From assembly GCA_030265395.1 (NCBI GenBank), contig JARFYF010000056.1:21758441-21822440 (forward strand): a DNA stretch of 64,000 nucleotides, given 5' to 3'. The notes under the pieces are model-generated. The model was not told where the DNA came from. It did no database searches and saw nothing but the letters and a program-made list of their open reading frames with translations. Positions 50,945 to 62,630 of this stretch are shown here, piece by piece (the first letter of the stretch is position 1; the number at the start of each line of letters is the position of its first letter). The DNA is from Rhina ancylostomus. Lineage: Eukaryota. The translations under genes and the position numbers were made by a program.

Positions 50945-51160
50945 CCCTCGCTCTTTCCTGGTCTCTGCCCTGTCACAGGCCTTCCATTCATTCTGACCCT
51001 GCTCCCTTTCTCTGCAACTTCAAACTTGATTGAAAATGTTGATGATGATGCTGATGAAAGTTGATTGACCTGAAACATTTACTCTGTATCCCTCTCCGGA
51101 GACACTGGCTGACCTGTTGAGTGCTTCCAGCAAACGTTTTAATTTCAGATTTTGCTTAAA
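50945..51160 (+). mobile_element. Penelope-like 3' region with hammerhead-like core
   Basis: CTGATGA-AAGTTGATTGACCT-GAAAC at 51051-51076, then the CTGACCTGTTGAGTGCTTCCAGC arm. Confidence 0.65.
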
Positions 51161-51295
51161 AATACGTTGAAACTTGTCTTGAAGTTGCCCGTCACTCCTG
51201 AGCTCTGACATTCACAACCTATACATTTGATCTGTGCAGATTCCTTACATCTGTATCCAAAAGGAAGCAGGCAGCAGAAGAGAGGGAGGTAAATA

Positions 51296-51624
51296 CAATG
51301 AAACTCCAATAGCCCAGCACATTCAGCGCCTCGCCTGTACTAAATTGGTAGACTTTCCAGATTATTGGACGTCATTTCTATTAATACCAACACATTTTAA
51401 TTTTTTAAAATAAAAGATATTACACAGTATCATAAGATATTTTCCAGTTAGCCCAGCAAGTTTCATGGGCGTTCAGGAACCAGGTCCCAGTGAATTTTCA
51501 GGGGAGCTTGGGATGTAGGGCCCAGGTGAGTTTCATGGGAGGCCAGGAAACATAACCTGTTAACCAGATGCCAAAATGACAGGAACTCCCAAATAGTCAG
51601 AGAGTGGATTTCAGAGTTTTACTG
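51296..51624 (-). mobile_element. Tigger/pogo-like MITE, family A copy 2 (about 3-4 internal 34-bp units)
   Basis: TA|CAATGAAACTCCAATAG ... CAGAGTTTTACTG|TA; interior aligns in reverse with 29220-29616 and with 57215 onward. Confidence 0.75.
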
Positions 51625-53239
51625 TAAATGGTCAGTCACCTGGGTCATTCATGGGGATACCCTAACCAAGAGCTATGGAATGCCAAAGACAAACCAACAG
51701 CTACATTTGGCAGAAAATCTTCACAAATGGGGGAATAAGACAAGAGACTAAAATACTATCTGACTCACAGGCCGTGTAGATTGGGATTGCTGTTTAGGTC
51801 TGCAGCAGCTGGAAGTGGGCAGGAGCAAGGCATGGGTGAGAACCTGTATTCATGATGCTTTCCAGCACCTACAGAAATCTCAGAACCTTTAGAATCAGAT
51901 GTGTAATGTGCCTTCCTGCGAGTTTCTATGAGGCTCCAGATATATCCCACTTATCACTGGGACAGCTGTCAACTCTGCTCCTAAATTCATAGTGGACACA
52001 ACACAGTAACAGGCCCTTCAGCCCAACATGTCTATCAAGTACCCATCTATACTAATTCCATTAACCAGCACTTGGTGCATAGCCTTCTATGTATCACTGA
52101 ATATTTTTGTCCATGCTTTCTCACCCCTAACAGCGCTGCTCAACTAAGCCACGTATTTTCCCCACTGCTGATATTTTCATAGCCAATAAACAAAATTCAG
52201 AACATATTATTACATCCAGTTTTTTTTAAACTGGGGTTCTCACTGAAATGTTCAGGAGATTAATGTTTAACTCCCAGACAGCTAAGGTTAATACTGTAGG
52301 ATTAACATCCCCAGGGCTACCCTTCCCCAAGCATTTCAAAGTCATTACTTGATATGCTTCAGATAATGCTGAAAGTCTACATTAGCCTGACCAGGCTTTT
52401 ATGTCAATTTTTTCTTCAAAACAAAACTACAGTTGTGCAGTTCACTCACAGACAGTCAGGGTCATCTTAATAATACGCTTTTTCAAACCTCATTTAAAAT
52501 GTCAGCAAAGCATAATCAATCACTGGATGCCTAGCCATTGTTTGTGTAGACCCTCACCATAGAAATGAATGGTACTTAGTTATATTGTGCTCCCAGATAC
52601 AAAACAAATTGACTCATTCACAAACAGCACGTTGCAACCAGATTACATGAAATGCAGCAATGTATGTCTTTCTGTATTAATGTTCTTCAAACAGTAAATC
52701 CAACAACCCAGTGATTTGAACATAGAACAGAATTCCTTAAATTGCATGACTGATCCTTTATAAATAACTACAATTAATGAGGTTGTTGACCTCATTAAAG
52801 ACTCATATGCAACTTTTTTTCTGAAAAAAGAAATTGCATGCATGTTCCAGATTGTAGTTTTAAGCACAGAAGTACAATGAGACTTGTCTCATAAAGAGAT
52901 GCAATGAATTGCAAATACAGATTTTAAATGTATCTGTGACAAAGCATGTCTGTAACCTTAATGTGTCATGGCCCTAGGAGAAGGAGACATGAAGCCAACC
53001 AGGTCAGTCAACAGGTTCCAAAATATTTCAGCCGGCAGGGTAGAATCTTTGGGCAATGGAATGTTGATTAGTGAGTATCATTTAAAGCCGTCAATGAGTC
53101 TTCAGATACAAGCTGAACATTCCATAAAAATTCCACAAATTCCTTTTGTAACCAAAGGACAATTTCTTGTCAATGGATCCTTTGAATTGACAAAGTTGCC
53201 AAGCAATACAGGCTTCAGTCAGACAAGCGTGAGCAATGC

Positions 53240-53935
53240 ACTTCAGGAAGTCATATTCTGGTAGGATATATAGATTAATTGACAGGGACCTTTGGAGCAT
53301 TGATATACAGAACAGCCTTTGAGAACAAATCCATAGCTCTCTGAAAGTGGTGAGACAGGTGGATAGGGGAGTGAAAACGACATCTGATATGCCTGTCTTC
53401 ATAGGTCGAAGCATTGAGCATAGAGTTGGGATGTCACATTGCAGCTGTACAAAACACAGGTTAGAGAGCTCTGCGAGTATTACGTATAGTTCTCATTACC
53501 ACACTGCAGGAAGGATGTGGTAGCAATAGAGAGAATTCAGAAGAGATTCACTGGGATGTAATAGTAAGGATGTAACTGATATGGAGGGCTGTAGTCGTAA
53601 GGAGATATTGGATAGGCCACGTTTGTTCTCGCTGCAACGTAGGAGGCTGAGGGGTAACCTAAAAGAGATTTATAAAACTAGGAGGTAGTCAGAATATTCT
53701 TCCCAGGGCAGGGGAATCTAGAACTAGAAGGCACAGCTTTAAGGAGAGAGGGGAGAAATTTAAGGAGGTCTGATGGACAAGTTTTTCCACATAGAGCTTG
53801 GTGAATATTTGGAACAAGCTGCTGGGTGAAGTGGTAGAGGCAGATACAATGTTTAAAAGGTACAAGGACAGAAGAGGGATAGAGGCTGAATGTGGGCCCA
53901 CTCGATTTCTGCTGGACATTTCTATGACTATCATG
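53240..53935 (+). mobile_element. CR1 LINE 3' part
   Basis: RKDVVAIERIQKRFTGM; FSLQRRRLRGNLKEIYK; LPRAGESRTRRHSFKERG; VNIWNKLLGEVVEA. Confidence 0.9.
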
Positions 53936-54214
53936 GGTTCAAATATATTTGGCAAAATATGTTCCTCACACACACTACTCTGAAATTGTTAAGGCACACT
54001 TCCTTCTTCCACAGTCTACTGTGCTATCCAACTGAATCCAATCTGCAGTTCACTTTTCTCATTTGGGGTTCCCAAGACTCTTGCACATATTAATACACAA
54101 CAGTTTTAATTCATTTTGATCCATGATACTGTGCATTGGTTGTTTTCATTTTTATTCACATCAGTGCCAGTGACAGCCCACAGGCACAACCTCATCAATT
54201 TAATCCTTCAGAGA

Positions 54215-54560
54215 ACAAAAAAATAACAAATGCTGGAAATAGTAAGTCAGACAGCATCTACGGAGAGAAAAAAAGTGTTAATGTTTCAGGTCGATGCTTT
54301 TACTGAGCTCCAAAATGTTAACTCACTTTCGAGTCCTCTTGCAGGGTTTCGACCTAAAATGTTGACAATTCTTTTCTCCCCTCATATGCTATTTGACCCA
54401 CTGAGTTCCTCCAGCAGATTGTTTGTTGCTCCAGATTCCAGCATCTGCAGTCTCGTGTGTCTCCAACTCTTTCTCGGTCCACTGTTGCTGCCTGACCTGT
54501 TAAGTATTTCCGTTTTTTTAAAATCTTGTTTCAAATTTCCAGCATCTTCGAATCTTTTGC
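54215..54560. mobile_element. Penelope-like foldback element with a second Penelope-like element (about 54330-54463) nested inside
   Basis: Outer arms AAATGCTGGAAATAG...CAGCATCTACGGAGAG / TTGCTGCCTGACCTGTTAAGTATTTCC; inner GCAGGGTTTCGACCTAAAATGTTGAC...CCAGCATCTGCAGTCTC. Confidence 0.7.
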
Positions 54561-55124
54561 TTTTGAGTTAATGCTTCAGCAACCTGTTTGTTAGACAATC
54601 AAACAGGCATAGCTATTAGGATATAAAGTGCAAAGAAATTCTGTCAAAATCCTGCTGTGAAAATCATCGATATTCCTGAGCCTTTTCAGGTCCCTGAACA
54701 GAATCGTTAAAGAGGGAAAGGCATAGGTAGAAACTATTAGTCATCTTAAAGACACATAGCAAAGAGATAGTGATGGGACATAATGCCATAATCTTAGAGT
54801 TGAATGTTCTTACAGAAAAAGAATCAGCATCCAGATAGAACCAAATCAAATGTAAATCACAACTCAAATTTATTTAGTACCTCTTATCCATAAAGCACCC
54901 CAAGGTAACACAAAGCAAACGAAAAATCTAAACAACAATATCTGATGAGGCTTCTGTAATGAGAGATTTCTGAAGAGCTGAGCAGGGTTAAAACAACCCA
55001 AAGATAAAATGAATGGAAGGAATAGTTGAGATTGATGACGTTGCATAAATTTGTCAAGTTTGATGAGGCAAAGGAATGGGTTTGAAGATGACAGCCATCG
55101 AGTTATATTTGTGTTATTGATCGT

Positions 55125-55550
55125 GTTTCAGGATTTGAACATCACTGAAAAGGCCAGTATTTATTTCCCATCTCTCAACGAGTATTTGCTTTCCCATTTC
55201 AGGGGGTATTTACTGGTCAACCACATTCGTGGAGCTGGAACTTGCATTTTGGCCATCTGGGTGAGGATGACAGATTTCCTCCGCTGAAGGACATGAACGA
55301 ACCAGTCACACAAGAGATTCTGCAGATGCTGGAATCGGAAGAAACACACACAGGAGGAACTCAGCACATCACGCATCAAAAAGATTTTGGTGACTATCCA
55401 GTAGTTTTGTGGTCATCAAAACTAATGATAATTTATTTTTAATTTCTATATTATAACTGAATTTCAATTCCACAACCATGTCATCTGGGTCTCTGCATTT
55501 TTAATTCAGGTCCATTGGTTACCAGTCTACTGATTTCACTGCTCTGCAAT
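55125..55550 (-). mobile_element. tRNA-headed SINE (non-V), with a Penelope-like piece at about 55308-55375
   Basis: GATGACAGATTTCCTCCGCTGAAGGACATGAACGAACCAG core; tail GGCCAGTATTTATTTCCC resembles the 3' end of the LINE at 48130-48540. Confidence 0.55.
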
Positions 55551-56332
55551 AACAATGCCTGTTCAAATACCCAAGAGTAGCATGCATAACATTGCAACTG
55601 ACAGTCTAGTTACTTGCACATTACTAAATTCACCCACTACCCCTTTGTGAAAACTGTAGACAAACAATGGCATTCGCATCCATACTGCACTTCAAAGGCT
55701 TGGTCCAAAATACAACTTTCTCAGCCACAATATTCCAGTCCTAAAATAAAGTTCCACCAATGGATTTCCTCTCTGCAGGCTGACTGATTAGCTGTGAGAT
55801 CCGTTTTCATTTTATGGGAGATACTAAAGTTTGGAAATCCATTGCTACGCATTGAGAATTTGATTCTCATCTTTTATGTGTATTTAGCATTACTTGGGAA
55901 AAATCGCTAACACCAACAAGCAGGAAAATAAGGTGCTCATTAATGTTGCCTGTAGTTCTGACTTGGAAATGCAATCTAATTCAAAACTACAATATACAGA
56001 AGGTCACAAGATATATTGAATAAAATTCTTGCCAACTGCAAAGCCCCTGCAATAATCTAACAGCACCCATCAATTCTCGATATTATGGTTTGACTTTCCC
56101 TTACACTGCTAAACTCAAACATTCATTTCACATGCTAATGATAATATACGGAGAACAATAAATTAACATAAATTTTAAATTTGATTAATCTCTCTCCCCC
56201 CCACCCTGCTCACATACTATTTGTTCAAAATAGGATCATGGATCTGGATTTTCTGTCTCTTTTAACTATTTTGCACTCCAATGCAAAGTTATTTAAGACT
56301 GGCTCTTTTGCTCTTGCTCATAACCCAATCAT

Positions 56333-56740
56333 CTGACTGAGGGCCTCAGATCTGAAATATTAAGATAATGAGGTATTTATTTATTAGTCACAGGCTCATC
56401 GAAACACACAGTGAAATGCGTCTTTTTGCGTTACTGGGAATGTGCTGGGGGGCAGCCCGCAAGTGTCGCCACTCTTCCTGCGTCAACAAAGCGTGCACAC
56501 AACCCCCAACCTGTACGTCTTTTGGAAAATGGGAGGAAACCGGAGCACCCAGAGGAAACCCACGCAGACACCAGGAGAACATATAAACTCCTTACAGACA
56601 GCAGTGGGAATTGAACCCGGGTCGCTGACACTATAATAGTGTTACGCTAACCGCTACAGTACTACTGTTTCTCTTTCCACCGATGCTGCCTGACCTGCTG
56701 AGCAGTTCCAGAATTTTCTGTTGTGGTTATTTTCAGTTTA
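56333..56740 (+). mobile_element. Penelope-like arm split by a V-SINE insertion
   Basis: CTGACTGAGGGCCTCAGATCTGAAATATTAA | SINE | CTGTTTCTCTTTCCACCGATGCTGCCTGACCTGCTGAG. Confidence 0.65.
56361..56665 (-). mobile_element. V-SINE with Rex-Babar-like tail
   Basis: Head GTAGCGGTTAGCGTAAC...CCCGGGTTCAATTCCC, intact V domain, tail GCATTTCACTGTGTGTTTCGATGAGCCTGTGACTAATAAA. Confidence 0.85.
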
Positions 56741-57214
56741 AATATCTAACTCGCTGGTGTTCAGTTTCAGTCTTTCACTCTTCCCGAAACTATCTCCAGA
56801 GGGTTAATGATGCTTCCTTGCACCATGGTGGTCAAACTGGCAGCTGACCTGAAGCACAATTTGACCAAAACTGGTCTCTCTTCAACTTTGAACACAGCTC
56901 TACACTACATTGTTCATCTTTTGATCAACATTATTGGTTCTTCAGCACATCCAATCACTGCAAATTTGAATCGATAGAAATTTCGTGAACCCCTTCATTT
57001 CACCCTTTGGTATTTTGACTGCTCCTGGAGGATTCATAGAGTTCTTTTCTTTAAACCTTGTCTACATTCAATTTCCATTGGCACTAATCGAGCTCATGAT
57101 ATATTTGGTCAGACTCATTTTACAGCTCTCATGTTGCCATTTCAAATTTAACTGGTACAGCTGGTATGATGTTGTCTGATAATTTGACAAATGACCAAAA
57201 TGCAAAGAGATTTA

Positions 57215-57503
57215 AAGCAAAACTCCAATAACCTGCTGTCAAAACTGTTCAGAAATAACAAAGGTTTGGCATTTGGCTCACCTGGCTATGTTTCCCAAGT
57301 TTCCTTTAAACTCACTGGAGCCCTGTTCCCAGGCTCTTTTTAAGCTCACTGGAGACACATTGCCAAAAAGCTTTTGAACACACCAGGTCTCTATTTTAAT
57401 GCTCCCTTTAAAATTGCCCAGTCCCTGTTCCCATGCTCCCTTTCAACCCACTGGGGCCCTATTCCCAGGTTCACTTTGAACCTTCTGGTGCCCTCTTTCA
57501 GCC
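57215..57503 (+). mobile_element. Tigger/pogo-like MITE, family A copy 3 (right TIR not seen)
   Basis: TA|AAGCAAAACTCCAATAACC TIR; TTTGGCATTTGGCTCACCTGGCTATGTTTCC matches copy 2 in reverse complement. Confidence 0.65.
57277..57503 (+). repeat. Degenerate 34-bp minisatellite, about 6.7 units
   Basis: Unit starts at 57277, 57311, 57345, 57379, 57413, 57447, 57481; consensus about CTCACTGGGGCCCTGTTCCCAGGCTCCCTTTAAA. Confidence 0.85.
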
Positions 57504-57569
57504 ACTATGCCAGACCACTAGGCAAGGAAAGGGCCCTCACCTCTGGCCTGTCTCACTCCTCTTCTCCTC

Positions 57570-57715
57570 TGAGTCCTGATGCAGCCTTTCAACCTAAAAC
57601 ATCAATGATTCTTCTCCTCTCCCCCCACCCCCTCAAGATGCTGCTCAATCCACTGTGTTTCTCCACCAGATGGTTTGTTGCTCCAGATACCAGCATCTGC
57701 AGTTTTGTGGCTCCT
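57570..57715 (+). mobile_element. Penelope-like 3' arm
   Basis: CCTGATGCAGCCTTTCAACCTAAAACATC...GATGCTGCTC...TTGCTCCAGATACCAGCATCTGCAG. Confidence 0.7.
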
Positions 57716-59310
57716 GTCCCTATATACTGTTACATACCAGCAACAACAGAAACACACCGAGACATGTATAAATGTTAAAAACTACTTTATTAATAACTAC
57801 TTATGATAATAAGTAAAATAAAAGNNNNNNNNNNNNNNNNNNNNNNNNNNNNNNNNNNNNNNNNNNNNNNNNNNNNNNNNNNNNNNNNNNNNNNNNNNNN
57901 NNNNNNNNNNNNNNNNNNNNNNNNTGTGTGTGGCAAATTCCCAAACTCCACATCCAGGAATGGTTCTTAAAGTTCAGTTCAGCAAGCCATAAGATGAAAC
58001 ACAACAGCAAAATGCTCTGACAATGAGAGACCAGCTGTCACCAAGATGTTCACAAGATTACAGGGAATGAGCAGTGGAGAGAGATTAACACACTCATTTT
58101 AAATTTTATCAGGGTTTCAAAGGAAACAAAATCCAACGGTCCAGAAAACATGCTAATCTGACACCACCAAAAACCTGAGGATACCACATTATCAGAGTTT
58201 TACTGTATGTATAAACAAAGTGAAAGATCTAAGGAAAATACAACTTGTCCAGACTGTCCCCAGACTATGAATGTCTGACTTACAGACACTCGTACACAAG
58301 ACAAGCTCCCATAATATTTTTAAATTCTGAAGTCCAACAAACGTACACATGTTCATCCCTATGAAAGGCAGAACTAGTTTCTTCTCTCTCTCCACTTTTA
58401 GTAATTGTTCTTTCTTATCAGCCTTATGTGCTTTTTTATACATGTGCTTTTTTATACCACTCATTACAACACTGTGAAAGGACGGTTACCACATCGAGCA
58501 ATTATGTATTTTCTGACTTCCGGACAAAATTGATTTATGGATGTCTGTAAAAATGGAACTTGTTCATTACCCAGGATCTGACACAATGTCCACTTTATGT
58601 AAATTATGGGATCATTTTGTGTGGCATTACATTGTTGACGAAGTACAATGAAATACATTACTCAGTTGCAATACTTACAAGACCTGCATTTTTAACCACC
58701 CAGAATCATACAATTGGCCCTGTATAAAAATTCACACATGAAATATTAGTTTAACTGCAATCAGATCCTTGAAAAATCTCTCAGCAGCACACATTTTGTC
58801 CCAACTCAATGAAATAGCCTTGAGTAATAGATCCACAATGCATTTCTTCAATACTCTTGAAAGGAGTCAGATTTTTACACTATTCGTTATCTTCAATGGT
58901 TTTGGAGAAAAAAATCCAAAGCCTTTATTTTTAATGCACACTTCTGATAGAAAACAGCTGAAGGGATAAATTCTTCACTTGTCTAATGGATTTTCTGCTT
59001 TCCATTCCTTTCTGATAATTAAAAAATGCAATTGCCAAAAGCATTCAAATTGCATTATCCACTCAATGAGAATGCAAGTGTATTCAATGCTGTTTTGATA
59101 AAATACATCATTATTTTTCATAAATAAAATATACAACAGACGAGTAATAACCAAGTGATGTGATTAACAGGGATTCAGTAGTGACAGTGAAACAAATTAT
59201 CCCACTTGCCCATGTTAATTTGAGATTATAGCTTCAAAAATGTAGCACAGTGGAATGAAGATTTAATTTAATCACCCTGGCTGATTTATTGGGAATGAAA
59301 ACTCCATTAC

Positions 59311-59388
59311 CTGCAGAATTTATTTTAGAGAGGATTCTGCAACCTGATTCAATTCCAAAAGGTTTCCCAGCATTCATTTGAGAGGTAA
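59311..59388 (-). CDS. Candidate 78-nt symmetric exon (TSQMNAGKPFGIESGCRILSKINSA)
   Basis: Acceptor CCTATATCTGTTTTTCCAG, donor CAG|GTAATG, only the phase 1-1 frame is open; no homology recognised. Confidence 0.15.
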
Positions 59389-59469
59389 CTGGAAAAACAG
59401 ATATAGGTCCTGTCAATTTTATTTATATTAATGACCTGGATCTGTGTATACAATTACGTTTTATACTTT

Positions 59470-59760
59470 TTTACAACGCGGGAGGCCAGTTGGCCTATTG
59501 AGTCTATGCCTGCAGTGACAGCCTTCCCATCAGTCCCATTCCACCACATCTTTCCTTGTAACCTATTCTCTCCCACAGACCCATCAAACGCAACCCCCCT
59601 CAGTCTCTGTCTTCTCGCCAACCCGTGCCCCCACTCACCAACTCCCTTGCAATCTGCCGACAACATGATAATTTCCAATGGCCAATTAACCTCGTGGCCG
59701 GCAAATATTTGGAATGTGGGAGGAAACCAACCCAGTCACAGAGAGAACATGCAAACGTCA
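59470..59760 (-). mobile_element. V-SINE, CR1-type tail
   Basis: GGAGGCCAGTTGGCCTATTGAGTCTATGCC tail; TTGGAATGTGGGAGGAAACC...GAGAACATGCAAAC. Confidence 0.75.
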
Positions 59761-61329
59761 TAAGTGGTAACATTAAAACTACTAGAGAACAGTCAAAATC
59801 CATATAATTCAAGTATATACGACTCCAGTCACACAGTTACCTCTTTAGAACCCTCTGTAATGTCTTACTGAAATGAGGGATGGACTATAAATTCTGACTT
59901 TTTTGACAACCATATCCCTTGAATGAATTTTGCAATTTGTACAATTTTAATTCTGCACAGCAACCTGGTGACATGCATGCATATCTAAGGTGCTGAATTG
60001 AGAAGGCTGCTAAAATGACATATGTGATCCTTTAAAGAGTCAAATAACATGGAAATTGTGTTAATCCTTTAAAGCACCTGGAGCTTTGAGTACCAAACTA
60101 TTCAAACTGAGGAAAAATTCAAGAGCAAGCCATTCATTTATGTATCTGAGTTAATGACCTTTGCTCTCTGTACACACATCATTTAACTATTGTTGGCATA
60201 ATATAAAGCAAGATTAATGTGGAGTATTTCCAAAATATACATCTGCTCTAAAAGCTTGAATATTTTTCTGGTTGATTAAAGATTTACTTTTCTACCTTTG
60301 ATATTAAAAAAAATGTTTTGAAAAAATTTACTGCCATTGTGCAAAACAAGAATCAAGTCATCATCTAACTCAATTGGAAATGAGACCTTGAAAACAGCTT
60401 TATGAATTAAAAAGCATTCAGGGCACTTCATAAACTTGAAGCACTGCTAAAAATTGCAAATGAGTGCTGCTTGACCTTTACAGTGGAATTAAAATAAAAT
60501 CAAAATCCATACGGGACTGTAACATACAGCTTTCCTTTTTAAATTCAATCACTCAGAAAAATGAACAACAGGCATCCGTGCAGCATTCACTTCAACAACA
60601 CATTATTCAGGTGAAATTTTCAGTAAAGCCTGTTGGATGTCCAGAGTCAACTGCAGAAGAGCAGCTGGTTCTCAGTCAGTAAGATGGCATCATCAAATTT
60701 TTGCCTCTTTGCAGCTACCTTAGATTCAACCGCACACTATTTCCCCCTAATTCATTTCAAGGATCAAGCACATACGAAGTAATCAACATCTGAAGCTCAT
60801 TTTTCATTTCCCCATGTTTACAATAAATTTTCTTTACAATTACTTCTCTTTACAATAACTTCACTCTCCACTGTCTTTACAATATGCAGAAGCACACTGG
60901 AGGCTCAACTTATTGAAATTTCAACTTGTGATAGTGCAGTATGTGAAATTTTGACCAGATGCCTTAAATTTCTGCCTGCAACTTTATAATAACTGCCAGC
61001 CCTGAAAACTAACTGCTTTCCCAACTTGAGAGAGAAACAGTTGGACTAACCTCTGTTCTCAGAGGATTTCCTGTTTCATGACTCAATTAGTTACAGTGCA
61101 TACCTTCCATCTCTTTACACACTTAAAGATTAATCAATGACACCAATGGGTACTTGAGAAGAATAGTTAAGTGCAACAATTCTTGGTCTTTTTAAAGGAA
61201 AGCACTCTGCAAGGCAAGTTCACAAACCCCAAAAAGGACAAGTTGCTGATAGATTTAATTCCAAGCAATAAGTTTATAAAGTTGCCAAATAGCAGAAGGT
61301 CTGAGGATTGGCAAAATTTTACAACCAAG

Positions 61330-61565
61330 AACAAGAGAGTGCAGATACTGGAATCTGAAGAGAGAAAAAAAATGAGCTGCTGGAGGAACTTGGTGGGTCA
61401 AGCAGCATCTGTGGAGGGAAGTGGACAATCCACATTTCAGGTCAAGATGCTTCATTCTGGACTGAAACAGCAGAGATGGCCAGTGTAACGAGGTGAGGAG
61501 AACAGGTGGGGCAAGGGCTGGCAAGCAATAGGTGGATCCAAGTGAGGAAGCGTTGACTGGCAAGA
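61330..61565 (-). mobile_element. Penelope-like 3' region
   Basis: GTGCAGATACTGGAATCTG...GCTGGAGGAACTTGGTGGGTCAAGCAGCATCTGTGGAGGG...TTTCAGGTCAAG. Confidence 0.75.
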
Positions 61566-61793
61566 AAAGTAAATAGGATCAAGAAATTCATGTAGGAAGA
61601 CCAGAGCGAACGAGAGCAAATGAGAAGGAAATATTAGAGCTTTTATTAGGTATGTAAAAAGAAAGTACAGTTTGAGCAAATTTGGGTCCTTTACACACCG
61701 AGTCAGGGGAAGTTATCATAGGGAATAAGGAAACAATTGAGGAATCAAGCAACGACTTTGTGTCCAGCCTCAAAGAAAGCAGAGACCTACATT

Positions 61794-62630
61794 CATAGAG
61801 TTGTACGGCACAGAAACAGACCCTTCGGCCCAACTCTTCCATGCCAACTGAGATTGTCCCATTTGTCTGCATTTGACCCATATCCCTCCAAACTCTTCCA
61901 ATCTAAATACCTGCTCAATTTTGTTTTTTTAATTATTATAATTGACCTACCTCTACCACCTCCTTTGGCAACTCATTCCATCTACGCACCACCCTGTGTG
62001 TGGAAAAACTTGTCCCTCAAGTCCCCTTTAGATCTTTCCTCTCTCACCGTAAACCCATGTTCTCTAGTTTTAGACTCCCTGACCCTGGAAAAAAGACTGT
62101 CTACCCTATCTATGCCCCTCATAATTTTGTAAATATCTAAAAGGTCACCCCTCAGCCTCCTTTGCTCCAGGGAAAACAGCCCGACCCTATCCAGTCTCTA
62201 ATAACTCATGCTCTCTGGTCCATGCCACATTCCTATGAATCTTTTCTGTACACTCTCCAGCTTAATCATATCCTTCCCATAGCATTGCAACCAGAACTGC
62301 ACACAATACTCCCAAGTGTTGTCTCACCAATGTTTTGGCTAAACGTTACATGGCTCCTGTACCCATTGGCATTTCTTCACCACCCTGTTAACCTGTGTTG
62401 CCACTTTTCAGGGAACTAAGTGCTTAGACCCCAAGGTCTCTCTGTTCAACAACACCCTCCAGGACCCTGCCATTTACTGTGCCAGTTCTTGACTTGTTAA
62501 CGTCCTAAAATGCATCACCTTGCACTTGGTTTAGTTAAGTTCCATCTGCCATTCCATTGCCAACTTTCCCAATTGATCCATCTCCTGTTGGTACCTTAGA
62601 CCACCTTTCTCGCTATCCACTATGCCACAA
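61794..62630 (-). mobile_element. CR1 LINE 3' part (younger), nested in the older CR1
   Basis: Tail CATAGAGTTGTACGGCACAGAAACAGACCCTTCGGCCC; collinear with 14793-15745. Confidence 0.9.

Noticed and set aside
56600-56665. tRNA genes suggested by A/B-box motifs (also near 50920, 22800, 32545)
   Set aside because: At 56600, 50920 and 22800 they are SINE heads joined to V domains. At 32545 it is an isolated B-box-like motif. I could not build a complete cloverleaf for any of them.
57277-57503. Regular 34-bp periodicity as a CRISPR-like array
   Set aside because: The units are contiguous and degenerate, with no conserved repeat plus unique spacer pattern and no cas genes, in a vertebrate context. 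It is a minisatellite inside a MITE.
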